A stretch of DNA of 64,000 nt. Origin: Proteromonas lacertae. Lineage: Eukaryota. Made by a program: the position numbers and the translations under genes. The stretch lies in contig NGBS01000032.1 of NCBI GenBank assembly GCA_002245135.1, forward strand, positions 1-64,000, read 5' to 3'. The notes under the pieces were generated by a model. That model was not told the origin of the DNA and did no database searches. It saw only the letters and a list, made by a program, of their open reading frames with translations. Below are positions 12,498 through 26,700 of the stretch, piece after piece (the stretch's first letter is position 1; the number at the start of each line of letters is the position of its first letter).

Positions 12498-13358
12498 AAA
12501 AACGATGAAAAACAAAATTTAGAAACGGATATAATATTTGAAGTAGAAGGAATTGGTAAAACAGTTTTAGGTTATTATTTATGTCATTATTTTAGTCATT
12601 ACTTAGCTTTTGAGAATGAAAATTACAATGTGTTATTTATATCCAACAAAAACAAGTTTTATTATTCTCCAAAAGAAAGTGGTGTGTTTATGAGAATTGA
12701 TAAATATGAAAAACCTAAAAATGGAAAATTAGTGATAATAGCTGATGATATAGTGATAAAAAGTGATGATTATGTTGATGCTGATATTATGATATTGTTG
12801 AGTAATCATTATTTAAGAAAATATAAAGAATTTCAATCCAAAAGAACTCCATTGACAATGTATATTCCACCATTTACTAGAAAAGAGGCAAAAAAATATT
12901 GTCAAGATGATGATCAAGCAGAGCAATATGGATATATTCCTGGTTTATTCATGCATAATCCTTATGAAGATAATGATTATATAGAAGGATTAATTAATGA
13001 ATATAAAAAACAATTAAGAGGGAATTCTTTTGCTAGAGTTTCCACAGAGATTGTAAATGATCCTGAGAATGGGAATATCAATTTATCTAATATTGGTTGT
13101 TATAAGTTAGAAAAAGATGATTTAACTCAAATAAAAAGGTATGATGGAATATCAGAATGTGTTATGCGTATGGTAATGAATATAATGGGTGGAATTGGTA
13201 AACGTCCAAATTTTACTACAACAAATAAGACTAGAAGAAGAAGAAGAATAGAATTTGAAATTGATGGAGATCCTTATCTTAAAAATAATAAAAGAAAGGC
13301 TGAAAGTGATGTTGATAATGGCAAAAAATCTTCATCTAAAAGAAGAAGAACAAAATAG
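12498..13358 (+). pseudogene. Crinkler/RHS-type P-loop NTPase domain, 5'-disrupted
   Basis: Frame is open from 12498 with no ATG before EVEGIGKTVLGYYL (degenerate Walker A); then VIIADD (Walker B-like), KYKEF.K, MYIPPFT..EA, YGYIPG; basic NLS-like C-terminus. Confidence 0.55.
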
Positions 13359-13396
13359 AATCTTATTCTTTTTTGATTTGGTTTTTGTAAAACAAT

Positions 13397-13540
13397 GTTT
13401 AATCCTTATGAGTTTTATTGTTGTATAGGTAAATGTGAATATAACGATATTTCTCTAAGTCATTAACAATGGTAAATGGAGTATTCCTCATATTATTAAC
13501 TAAAATATAAAGTTTTGTTGTTGTTTGTATTTTAGTGATT
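13397..13540 (+). repeat. Degenerate third copy of the DPH1 last-exon end and 3' flank
   Basis: CCTTATGAGTTTTATTGTTGTATAGGTAAATGTGAATATAA...TGGTAAATGG...TAAAATAT.AAGTTTTGTTG matches about 10149-10315, with deletions. Confidence 0.85.
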
Positions 13541-13622
13541 GAACTACTTCATTATTAACAAATAGAAGTTTTTGCTTGATAAAATGTTATGATTTTTATA
13601 ATTTTAAAATTCTAGTCGTTTT

Positions 13623-14603
13623 ATGTTACATTCTTTTCAAAATTTGAAGTCTCCTATTAAAGATATATCTTCTTCTAGAGTATATTATAGAATTAATTCA
13701 TTAATAGATGAACAATAATAATATTAAGTATAATAATACGCAAGATTTAAAACAGTTTAGTAATTTATCAAATGATTCAGTTAATAATTTATTATCATAC
13801 TATAATAATAGTGAAACTGTATGTTTAAGTAGTGACAGTATTTTATTGTGTGTTTATTTTGAATAGATAGTTTTTCTATTCGTAGCAGAAGTGATTCTAT
13901 TTGTTTAATAAACCAACAATTGGAACAATGTGAAAAGAATCTTAATTATATGATAAATTCTAAAAAGAATAAAACAAACAAAATGTATGAATGCTTAAAT
14001 GATTGGAGTTCAAAAATAGAAAAAAGTGAGAAAGAAGTATGCTTATTTATCTATTAATGATATTATAGCTAGAGGAACTAAGGTTACTTCTTTCTGTAAA
14101 CAGAAGAAGATTAAGTGTATTAAATACTCCATATTCAACCAATGATTACCCAATAAACAAATCAAATAATTCTTCAGATAAACAACCAAGAATACAAACG
14201 TCATATATACCTGACAATCTATGTCGAAATTTAATTGAGAATAATATAAATAGTGAGATAATAAGTCAAATAAATAAAAACTTTGAATTAAAACAAAATG
14301 AATATGTATATATAATATAATTATATATAATAGAATAAAAAGATATATAAAATGCTGTTGAATATAAAAGAAGAGAGAATAAAGAGAGAGATATTTAGTA
14401 AATGGAAGGATCAAACGCTTAAAAGAAAAAGGAATAAAAAAGTAGAGGAAACAACCAATTTCATCAAAAGAATAGAATTGATAAGTGAAGAAATAGAAAA
14501 TAGTTTATTGGAAATAGATGAATATGAAAAATCAATAACAGGGAGAAGTAAGAGTGATAAAAGCGATATAATAATTAATGATTTAGTTAGTTTATTAATT
14601 TAG
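13623..14603 (+). CDS. Hypothetical coiled-coil protein, 5 exons
   Basis: Four GT-AG introns of 28-32 nt join all exons into one open frame ending ...DLVSLLI*. Confidence 0.7.
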
Positions 14604-14765
14604 TCAATGTAAATATGCAATAATTTACTCATAGAGTGTTCTTTGAAAAATAAAAATGAAAATATGAAACGAATATAGTTTGATGAAAAAAAGCTCGAAT
14701 TTGAATTTGAATTTCAGTTACACATTTATTATTTTTATTAGTATTGACTGAGATAAGGTAACTGG

Positions 14766-17700
14766 ATGTCTTCAAATCCTTTTAAAAGGTACGTCTACGA
14801 ATCTGTTGCAGGATTTTGTGGTACAATTCCTTCAAGTGTTTCATCAAGTATTATTGAAGAAAATTGTATTGACAAGTTATTTGATGATCCAAGGTATTAA
14901 GATTTTTCTATATTATTCCATTAATAGCACTCGTATGCTGCAAATCAGGGTAATTGGCGATTCTGTTTCAGCAGCTTCTTTCCAATGTTCGAATAACATC
15001 TCATGTGAAGCAGTACCCAATTTAATACTTGATGTTTATTTTTTTAAGCTTGAAGAAGTAAGTGTAGGTGAAGATGAGATTCAAAAGAAAATTAGTGTGA
15101 CAAGCATATCTGGAGATGCAAAGAAAGTGTTGTATACAATGCTTAGTGAAATTTACAAACCTGTAATTGATGAGTCTGTTGTATATTTATTTATTTCTAA
15201 TAATTATGTATAGAAGACAATTACTCCATTGATTAACGATTTAAGAAGTTCGTTACACAGTAGTGGTAACACTATAAGTCAAGAATTTGAGAATTGGGAA
15301 CATAATGTTGATATGAACAACCAATCAGACAAGTATCGTCAATATTTGAAATGTGCTGATGATTATCGTAATAAGATGGTTGAATTAGAGAGTAGCTTAC
15401 CACTAGAAGATTTAGAAAATGCAATTAATGATACTCATTATATTGATTTCTTAATGTCTTTTGCTAATGCTTCTGTATATATTATTAATTTTTATTATAT
15501 TAATAGCGTCGTTATTGTGATATTTATCCTGACGAAGAGATGATTCATTTAATTGATTTAATCTCAAAATCGATAGTAAAGTGTTGTATAGAATCAATTG
15601 AAGGTAATATATGGACTGATAAAATAGAGATGATATTCCCACAATTCAGAAAGATTAGAAATATCTACAATCTATGGATTGAAGTATATATATATATATA
15701 TAATATATATATTAGCAATTAACAAACAATCTCTGTTCAGATGAAGAAATGAAAGTAAAAATATTAAATTACATTCAAGAAGCATTAACTAGATTAGATC
15801 AAGTTGAAAGCTTGAGAGGTTCTTATGAAGAAATCATTAAATTATTACCACCATCCGAATTAGAGAATATTAAAAATCCATTTCAACCATTTAAATCAAT
15901 TAATGCTTTGTATTATCATCCTTCTGATAAAGATCGTTGGAATACAGCTATAAAGAAATATTCCAGCAATTTACAGTTTGCACAAACCAATGTAGTGAGT
16001 AAACTGAAAGAATTATTTGGAAGTTTAACTGAATCACCTTGTCAGTTATTAGAAGCATTTGTACGTTATCAGAATCAATTATCTGCTAATTTGGGTAATA
16101 ATAACATTAGAGATCAGTTATTAAATGAAAGACAAACATTATTGAAGTGTTTACAAACTTACATTGCAAGAGAAATAGATGAATTTAATAACGGTATAAA
16201 TTCACAAGTTCCAAACTTATCTGAAACGGCTAGTAATGTCATAAATGCATATAAGGAGAAGTATAAGATTGAAGGAATATTTAAGAAGTCATCATTATTT
16301 GTAAAAGATTTACCAAACTACAGTGAGTTTGAAAGACAGTATAATGATGCTAAAGGAATGTTAGAAGGTGAAATCAAAGCTAATTACAATGAATGGACAT
16401 CTTATGCTAATACAATTGCAGTAGATACGAATGAATTTATTAAAATTGAAGATGATGGTGTAGTTAAAGTTACATTTACTGAAGAAATGGTTACTTTTAT
16501 GAGAGATTGTAGAACTTTAAGATCTTATGTAACTGACATACCTAAAGAGATTGATACATTATTAAAAAGTGTAGATGATTCTTATAGATCAGCTGTATTA
16601 TTGAAAAGAGTAGCTAACTTCTGTAATGATCTATCTAATCGTGTTATACCTTCACAAAAGAGAATGATATTAGGTGATGTGATTGAATTCGAAGGACATA
16701 TTAAGAAAGCTAAAACAGTAGGAGAAAAAGGAATTATTAAAGACAGCTGATGTATTACAACGTGAAGCTGAATCATTAGATATGAGAATCAGAGATTTAT
16801 TACGATTACATTCAGCTGTAGGAAGAGAAGTGTTGAAATTAATGAATATTGATCGATTAAACAGAGATCGAAGAATGGAATAGACAATATCAAGTAATCT
16901 GTAAGACAATCGATTCATGTCCAGTTCAAGTAGTTAAAGATACAGAAGGCCATACTCAAGATGCAGTAGGACCTTGGAAAGATTATTGGAATCATCAATT
17001 ATACAAAGCTTTAGAAGTGAGTTATCAAATGGCATTAGAATCAATGAATAAGAAGATGAAGGAGATGAGAGCTAGTTTGGAAGTAAGAAATGGTGTTATT
17101 GAATATGATCCACCATTGTATAAGTTGAAGGAGAATTATTATAAGAATATGATTAAGATTATATCTATTCCAAAAGGATTTTAAAGGATGTAGTGAAACG
17201 AATATATTTAAGAAAATGATTAGTCAAAATGGTGAACATATGAAGAAGGCATATCAAAAAGCAGAAACATTATTTAAAAAATTAGCTGATGAGAAAGAAA
17301 GATATGTGAAATTAACTGGAGCTGGTAGAATATCTAGAGCTGAATTGAGTAAAATAATAGAAGAAAGAGTAAGTGGAATTAAACTATTTCAAGGTAATTT
17401 CTACTTAGCTGATAAGTTATTAAAAGAATGTGATCAAATCCCTGATGAAAAGAGAATTGATTGTGTTACAATTAACTACAAACCATTGAAGAATGATATT
17501 AGAAACATCATTAAAGATTTCCAAACTGAAATATTATATTACTTAAAGAAATTGATAATAAATGATGTAGGTGAAACAGTAGAATTCTTAAATGAAGGAA
17601 TTGAAACATTCAAAAATAGACCAGAGAATTTGGAATTGGAAGAAATCTTAACATCTAAAGAGAAAGTGAATGATATTGAAACAAAATATAAAGAATATGA

Positions 17701-20700
17701 AAAGAAGATAAAATTAAATCAGAATTATAGAAAATTATTACAACAAATTAACTTTGGAGGTGGTAAATCTGATTTGAGTGATATTGATGATAAATTAAAC
17801 AATGTTAGTGCTTTGAAAGATCAATTTGAGACAGGTTTTGGTGATTATAAGAGATTAATCAATCAAGAAGGAGATAAAACCAATGAAAAGATTAAAGACA
17901 AAGAAAAGGAAATTCAAAAGATACTTACTGGATTTAAATCACAATGGGATGACTTTAAACCATCTAAAATTGATAATTGGGATGATGCAACGATTGATAT
18001 GTTATTAGAAAACTTGGTAAATCAAAGAACTAAGTTTAATGAGATTAAAGAAGATGCTTCCAAGATTATATCTTATTCTGAACAATTTGGGTTAGAAATC
18101 CCTCACTTTGATGAATTGAATATGATAGAAGGTGAAATTACATCTGTAGAAAATCAATGGAATGTTTATAGAGATTATAACAATGAATTTAAAGAGATAA
18201 AGAAGACTGAATGGTTGGTATATCGTACAAGATTATACGAATTAGAAGATTTTGGTAATAAATGGAAGAAAACAGTTAAAGAGACAGTTAAAGAGATTGT
18301 ATCTGCAAGAATCTATGAACAATGTGATTTAATAGTAAGAGCAATACCTGCATTGAAGTTCTGTAAAGGAGATGTTCCATTTGAAACAGAACATTGGCAA
18401 GAATTATTCCATCAAATTGGAATGCCCAAAGGTACAAGATCTGATAAAGTCCTAGTTGGTAATTTCATTGATGTATTGGATAATGTTATTAGTAATGAAT
18501 CCTTCTGTAAGAAGTTAACTGCAAGAGCAACAGGTGAAATACGTATACGAGAAGCTGTAAGAGAATTAAAGAGTTGGACTGTACAATTTGCATTTACTAT
18601 GATGGATCATGAAGAACTAAATCGTAAAACACCATTAGTAGCTGTTTGGAAGGATTTATTCACACAATTAGGTGATAATCAGAGTTTATTAGCATCATTG
18701 AAAGATAGTGAATTCTTCAAAGCCTTTGAAGAAGAAGCAACAGTGATGGAAACTAAGATGATATCTTTAGATGAATATTTACATTCATTATATCAAATAC
18801 AAAGAAAATGGATTTATTTAGAACCAATCTTTGGAAGAGGTGCTTTACCAAGTCAACAAGATAGATTTAAACGTGTAGATACAACATTTAGAGAGATAAT
18901 GAACAATGTTAATGGTGATACTACAATCTTCAGATTAACTGATAATAGATTATTCCCTGATTTAAAGAGAAAATTAGATGATATGTTAATGCAACTAGAG
19001 AAATGTCAGAAAGCTTTAAGTGATTATTTAGAAGAGAAGAGATCAAAGATGCCAAGATTCTACTTCATTGGTGATGATGATTTATTAGAAATTTTAGGCC
19101 AAGCTCAAAACCCCAATGTTATTCAAGCCCATTTGAAGAAGTTGTTCCAAGGTATTCATTCTGTAGATTTTAGTGATGATAAACATCAAATTGTTACAAT
19201 GAAATCAATGAATGATGAAGTTGTGCCATTAAATCAACCAGTTACAATAACAGATCAAGTAGAAAATTGGTTAGATTTATTATCTAAAGAAATGAAAAAT
19301 ACATTGAAATTATTATTAGTAGATTGCTTTAAAGAGAAAGAAGTTGAATTAACAAAGTATCCAAGTCAAATATTATGTTTATCAACTACAATGCAATTAT
19401 AAGAATTGTGAAAGTGCAATTAATGGTGGAACATTAACTAAATTACATCAAAGTGTAGCTGATCAATTGAAACAATATACTGAATTAGATTTAGCCAATG
19501 ATCCATTAACATTATTGAAAGTAAAAGCATTAATATTAGATTTAATCCATCAGAGAGATGTTGCTAGTTATTTGTTAGATTCAAAAGTGAAAGAATTATC
19601 TCAATGGGAATGGAATAAACAATTAAGATTTTATCTCAATAAAACCAATGATTGTATAGCCAAGATGGTAAATGCTGAATTCTTCTATACTTATGAATAT
19701 CAAGGTAATGCACCTAAATTAGTACATACACCATTAACAGATAAATGTTATTTAACCTTAACTCAAGGTATGCATCAAGGTTATGGTGGTAATCCTTATG
19801 GTCCAGCTGGTACTGGTAAAACAGAATCAGTGAAAGCATTAGGTAATGCATTAGGAAGACAAGTACTAGGTATTCAACTGTGATGAAGGTATTGATTTCC
19901 AGTCGATGGGTAGAATATTCACTGGTTTAGTGAAATGTGGTGCTTGGGGTTGTTTTGATGAATTTAATAGATTAAAAGAAGATCAATTATCAGCTGTATC
20001 TCAACAAATTCAATTAATTCAAGCTGCTATTAAGAATAAAGATCCTACAGTTGAATTATTGAATAATGTAATAGATGTTGATCATAATGCTGGTATCTTT
20101 GTGACTATGAATCCAGCTGGTAAAGGATATGGTGGTAGAAGTAAATTACCTGATAATTTGAAACAATTATTCAGACCTGTAGCTATGTCATTACCTGATA
20201 ATGACTTAATTGCTGAAAGTATCTTACAAAGTGAAGGTTTTAATGATTCTAAAGACTTAGGTAGAAAGATTGTCTCATTATTCAACTTATCTAAACAATT
20301 ATTAACACCACAACAACATTATGATTGGGGATTGAGAGCTATGAAAGCTGTATTAGTAACAGGAGGAAGATTGATCCAAGAAGCCAAGAGAAATAAAGTA
20401 GAAATGAATAAAATCACTGAGATGGAGTTATTAATTAAAGCCATTCGTGTAAATACATTACCCAAATTGACATTCTCTGATTCTCATGTATTTATTACAT
20501 TAATTGAAGATTTATTCCCAGGAGCAAAGATAGAAGATATATCATATGGTGAATTAGAGAAATCAATTAAAGAAGTGATAGAAAGTACAAAAGGATTAGA
20601 ATTTGATTCAAAACAAGTGAGTAAGATGTTACAATTGAAGGAATCATTAGATCAACGTATGGGTTGTGTTATAGTAGGTCCATCAGGTTGTAATAAGACA

Positions 20701-23700
20701 ACATTATGGAGTATATTACAACAAGCAATGAATCATATGGGACAGAAGGTAATTACTCATGTAATGAATCCTAAATCAATGCCAAGAGAGTTGTTATTAG
20801 GTCATATGGATTTAGATACAAGAGAATGGCATGATGGTGTATTAACTGAAGCAGCAAGACAAGTAGTAAAAGAACCATTAGATGTAAGAAGTTGGATTAT
20901 ATGTGATGGTGATGTAGATCCTGAATGGATTGAATCATTAAACTCTGTATTAGATGATAATCATTTATTGACATTACCTAATGGTGAAAGAATTAACTTT
21001 GGTAACAATGTGAACTTCTTATTTGAAACACATGATTTAAGATTTGCTAGTCCTGCTACTATTAGTAGAATGGGTATGATATTCTTAAGTAATGAAGATG
21101 TTGATGTTCCAAGATTAGTAAGATCTTGGATATTAACACAAGATGAAGGTATTAGATCAAGTTTAAGTGGTTGGATTGAAGATATGTTTTATAAAGCTTT
21201 AGACTATGTAATGGATTTGAAAGCATTTATTGTTGATACAACACTAGTTGGTACTGTGAAGAATGCATTATCTCATCTTAATAAAATCACATCTAAAGGT
21301 GAATTTATTGTTGGTTTAATAAGAGGTTTTGGTGGTAATTTATCAATGGAAGATCGAGAGAATTTGGCTCGACAGATATTTGAATGGGGAGGAGAATCAC
21401 CACCAGCTGGAACTCGTAGTTTATTGAATGTAACTTATGAAGGTGATATATGTAAAGTATACTCCAATGCAGATAATGATGATAGTAATCCATTAACATT
21501 ACAACAATGTGTGAATGGTGCAGTGATTGAGACAGTTTCAGTACAAAGGAATTATGATATGATTCGTAAATGGATAGATACAATGGAACCATTTATATTG
21601 GTAGGTCCAGAAGGATGTGGTAAGAATATGTTGATAAGATATGTGTTGGATAATAAACATGGTTCAAATATTGCAGTATTAAACTGTAACTCCTCCAGTA
21701 CAGCTGAAGATGTGATTAAGAAAATCACTCAAACATGTTCGTTAGTAAGTTCAAATAAAGGAAGAGTATTTAGACCACGTGAAGGTGAGAGATTGATATT
21801 ATTCTTAAAAGATATAAATTTACCAAAACCTGATAAATATGATACTTGTATGTTAATTGCATTCTTACAACAATTATGCACTTTCCATGGTTTCTATAAC
21901 AGTGATTTAGAATTTTTAGGTTTAGAAAATATTCAAATTGTTGCTTCTATTAATCCATCAACTACAGTAGGACGTCATGTATTATCAACTCGTTTCACAG
22001 CTATTGTAAGAATAGCATATTTAGATTATCCACCCAAAGATGAATTACAATTAGTTTATAGTAAATATATCCATTCAGCATTAACAGAAATCGCAACTAA
22101 AGATCCAAAATGGAGTAGTTTAGACAATGCAATGAGATTAGCACAAACAATGGTAGATTTATATTCAGATATAAAATCACAATTCAGTATTGATGATAAT
22201 AGACATTATCTATTCACTCCAAGAGATTTAACTAAATGGATTCAAGGCTTGACTCGATATGATACAAAGAATGAGAATATATTAGATATAGTAATACACG
22301 AAATTAACAGATTATTCAGAGATCGATTAGTTGATGAAGATAGTATGTCTAAATTCGATAGTTTAGTAGTTGGCATATTTAGAAGTCTGTGGAAGTACAG
22401 TAGTGAGTTAGGAGATTCATTCTTCACTACATTAGATACTTCAAATGGTGTTGATATATCATTTGATGGTTCAGCTAGATTAAAGAGAGTTAATAAGAAT
22501 GATTTCTTAGAATTAGTCACACATGGTATTACTCAATATGAAAGAGAAGAAGCTGATTTGAATATCAAACTATTCCCTGAAGTAATAGAATCAATCTCAA
22601 AGATAGATAGAACATTGAGTCAAAAAGCTGGTTCAATCTTATTAGTTGGTAGTGCTGGTGTAGGTAGAAGATCATTGGTGAATTTAGTATCACATATGCA
22701 AAGAGCTACATTCTATACACCTCCAATAGTGAGAGAATTTACATTCAAAATGTTTTGTGATAGATTAAAAGAACCATTCCAAAAAGCAGCTATTGAGAAT
22801 GAAAATGTGATATTATTCTTAGAAGATTATCAATTAGAACAGACAAGTGTATTAGAATCAATGAATTCATTATTATCAAGTGGTGAAGTTCCTGGTATGT
22901 ATACTCATGAAGAATTAGAACCATTATTAAGTCAATTGAAAGATGAAATGAATGAAGATAATACCAATACATTTAAGAATCCATCTGAATACTTCATACA
23001 TAAGATTAAACAGAATTTACATATTGTTATATCAATGAATCCAACAGATAGTTCATTCTTAAGGAAATGTGAGAGTAATCCTGCATTGACTAATTATTGT
23101 ACGATTATATGGATGGGTAATTGGAAACAAGCATCAATGCATGAATTACCTAATCTATTATTACCTGATTTGATTAAAGGATATGAAAAGCCTGAAGAAT
23201 TGGTCAATTTACTATGCTCTATTCATAATAGTGTGAAATCAACACCAAGAGAATATATTTCATTCTTAAACTCTTACAGAGATTTATATAACTTACAATA
23301 TGAGAAAGTGAATAGTGAAAAAGAGAATTTAAAGAGTGGTTTAACTAAATTACAAGATGCTGCAAAACATGTAGATAAACTATCAACAGAAGCTATTGAA
23401 CAAAGAAAATTATTATCACAGAATCAAGCTGAAGCTGATCAAGCAATGACAAAGATTACAGAAGCATTACAAGAAGCTAATGTAAGAAGAAGTGATGTAG
23501 AACAATTACAGAAATCATTAGCAGTAGAAGAAGAAGAAATGACAAAACATAAAGCAGGAATTGAGGAAGAATTGAAAGATGTACAACCACAATTAGATGC
23601 AGCAAAGAAAGCAGTTGGTGCAATTAAGAGTGATAATTTGAATGAAATTAAATCATTTAAAATCCCTCCAGAACCAATTGTGGATGTATTAAGTGCAGTA

Positions 23701-26700
23701 TTGATGTTATTAGGTATAAAAGATACATCGTGGATGTCAATGAAGAGATTCTTAGGTGCTCATGGTGTAAAAGATCAGATTCTTAATTTCAAAGCAGATT
23801 GTATGACTAATGATATTAGAAAGTCATGTTTGAAGTTAGTCAAGGCAAAAGCATCATCCTTTGAACAAGAGAATATTTATAGAGCATCTGTAGCTGCTGC
23901 ACCTATGGCTGCTTGGGTTAAAGCTAATTTAAGATATTCCATTGTGTTAGAAAAGATTGGACCATTGAGAGAAGAGTTAAAGAAAGCAGAAGCAGCATTA
24001 CAAGCATCTAAACAGAAATTAGAAGAGAATGAAAGTGAATTGAAACATATTGATGAGAAAGTAGCCAAATTAAAAGATGATTTTGCGAAGAAGACAAGAG
24101 AAGCTGAAGTATTGAAATTGAAATTAACAGAAACAGAAAATACATTAAATAAAGCACAAAACTTATTAGGTAAATTATCTGGTGAACAAAAGAGATGGGA
24201 AAATAAGACAAATGATTTAACTAGTGAATTAAAGTCATTAGGTAAAAAGATGTTATTAGCAGCAGGTTATACAACTTATATGGGCAAATTATCAGAAGAT
24301 AAAAGAGCTGAAGTATTGAAACAATGGTTGAATATTATTGAATTCAATAGTTTTGATTTTATGAGAACATTATCAAGTGAAAGTGAGTTGTTAGTTTGGA
24401 AATCTGAAGGTTTGCCTGGTGATGATTTATCAATGCAAAATGCTATAATTATAATGAATAATCGAGAAAGAGTTCCATTTATTATTGATCCAGCTGGTGC
24501 ATCAACTATTTGGTTAGAGAATCATATTACTATAGAAAAACAAAACTCTAAATCAAAGGAAAGTGCTTTAGAAGTAATCAACAGTCAAGATCCAAGATTT
24601 GCTAATAGAGTAGAATTATCTATAAGATTTGGTAAAACATTAATCATTAATGATGTTGATGGAATAGAACCAATGTTATATCCACTAGTGAAGAAGCAGT
24701 TTACTCATCAAGGACCTCGTTTAACTGTATTAGTTGGTGATCATTTAACTGATTATCATGAGAACTTTGTATTATATTTAATCACTAGAAATCCTCAACC
24801 AATCTTACCACCAGATGCAGCTGCAATTATTGAAGAAATTAACTTTACAGTTACAAGAAGTGGTTTAGAAGGACAATTGTTAGGTGTAACTATTCAACAT
24901 GAACAACCAAAATTAGAACAGCAGAAGAGTGAGATGTTGAAGAAAGAAGAAGACTTGAAAGTACAATTATCAGGTTTAGAGAAGAAGTTATTAGAATCAT
25001 TAGCTAAATCAGAAGGTAATTTATTAGAAAATACCTCTTTAATTGAATCATTGACTATTATTAAGTCAAAATCAGAAGAAATTAGTAATGCCTTAGCAGA
25101 ATCAGCTAAGAGTAGTGAAGAATTAGATAAACAACGTAACTTCTATTTACCATTTGCACAAAACGGTTCAAAATTATACTTCTTAGTACAACAATTGAAA
25201 CATATTGATCATATGTATCAATTCTCATTAGCTTCCTTTATATCATTATTCCAGAAGACATTAGATGAGAAGATGGATGCCAAAAACTTAGAATCAAGAA
25301 TACAACTATTAACACCAAAATTGATCAACCGTATATTGGTATATGTGGCAAGATCCTTATTCAAAGAACATCAGTTATTATGGGCATTACATTTAATACA
25401 TGGTATGAAATCCGAATTATTTGAACCTAATGAATTCAGTGTATTTACTGGTGAGATAGTGCCTGATGTTAGTCAAGCTACAAATACAAGAGGAATACCT
25501 GGATGGATTCCACATGAAAGAATTCCACAATTTAACTTATTAAAAGGTCAATTCGATAATCTATCAAAAAAAGCTGATTTCAATGATGTTGATATGTGGA
25601 AGAATTGGTTTAATAATCCTGAATGTGAAAAGAACTTCCCTAGTAAAGTAATCCGTAAAGTTTCACCATTCCAAAGATTATTAATTACACAAGCATTAAG
25701 ACCTGATCGATTATTAACAGCGATGAATATATTTGCTAATGAAACATTGAATGTAGATGCAGTATCTCCACCACCAATGACAATAGCAGATATATATAAT
25801 AAAGAGAGTAGTAATACAACACCAATATTAATCATTACAACAGCAGGTGCTGATCCATCAAGTGAACTGAGTGAATTTGCACATCAACAGATTGGTATTG
25901 ATCGTTATAAGGAATTAGCTATGGGTGGAGGTCAACAGGAATTAGCAATGACTATGTTGAAGGATGCAGCTAAAGAAGGTGAATGGTTATGTTTGAAGAA
26001 TCTTCACTTGGTAGTAGCTTGGTTACCAACGTTAGAAAAGACATTGAATACATTAGAACCACATGAAAACTTTAGATTATGGTTAACTACAGAAAGTCAT
26101 AGTGAATTCCCTTCAATATTATTACAACAATCATATAAAATAACATTCGAATCTCCTCCAGGAATAAAGAAGAATTTACAAAGATCATTATCTACATGGA
26201 AAGATAAAGAAATCATCAATAGTAAGCCAATCAAACCACAATTAATGTTCTTATTAGCATGGTTCCATGCTATTATTCAAGAAAGAAGAACTTATATACC
26301 TCAAGGATGGAGTACATTCTATGAATTCTCATCAGCTGATCTTCGTACAGCTAATAATATAATAAGCATGGTATTAGAACAAAATAGTGATGATATTTCA
26401 ATAAAGACAATTCATGGATTATTTGAAAATGCAGTATATGGCAGTCGTATAAGTAATCCTTATGATTTGAAAGTATTAAATGCTTATATAAGTCAATTCT
26501 TCTCCTCTAATATGATTGATCCAAATAATACATCTAAAACAATAATGAATGGCTTTACATTACCAAATAGTAATAATCCAAATGATTATAAGAAATTATT
26601 AATTAGTTTAAGTGATAATGATACTCCAAATCTATTTGGTTTACCTCCTAATATTGAAAGATCATTACAAAGAGTAACTTCATCTCATATTGCTGAACAA

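Noticed and set aside
16725..19883. Euplotes-like programmed +1 frameshifting (TTT-TAA at about 17180, TTA-TAA at about 19397)
   Set aside because: At 19869 homology (RQVL-VFNCDEG) places the shift several codons before the stop, the sites share no slippery motif, and similar indels corrupt otherwise identical repeat units.
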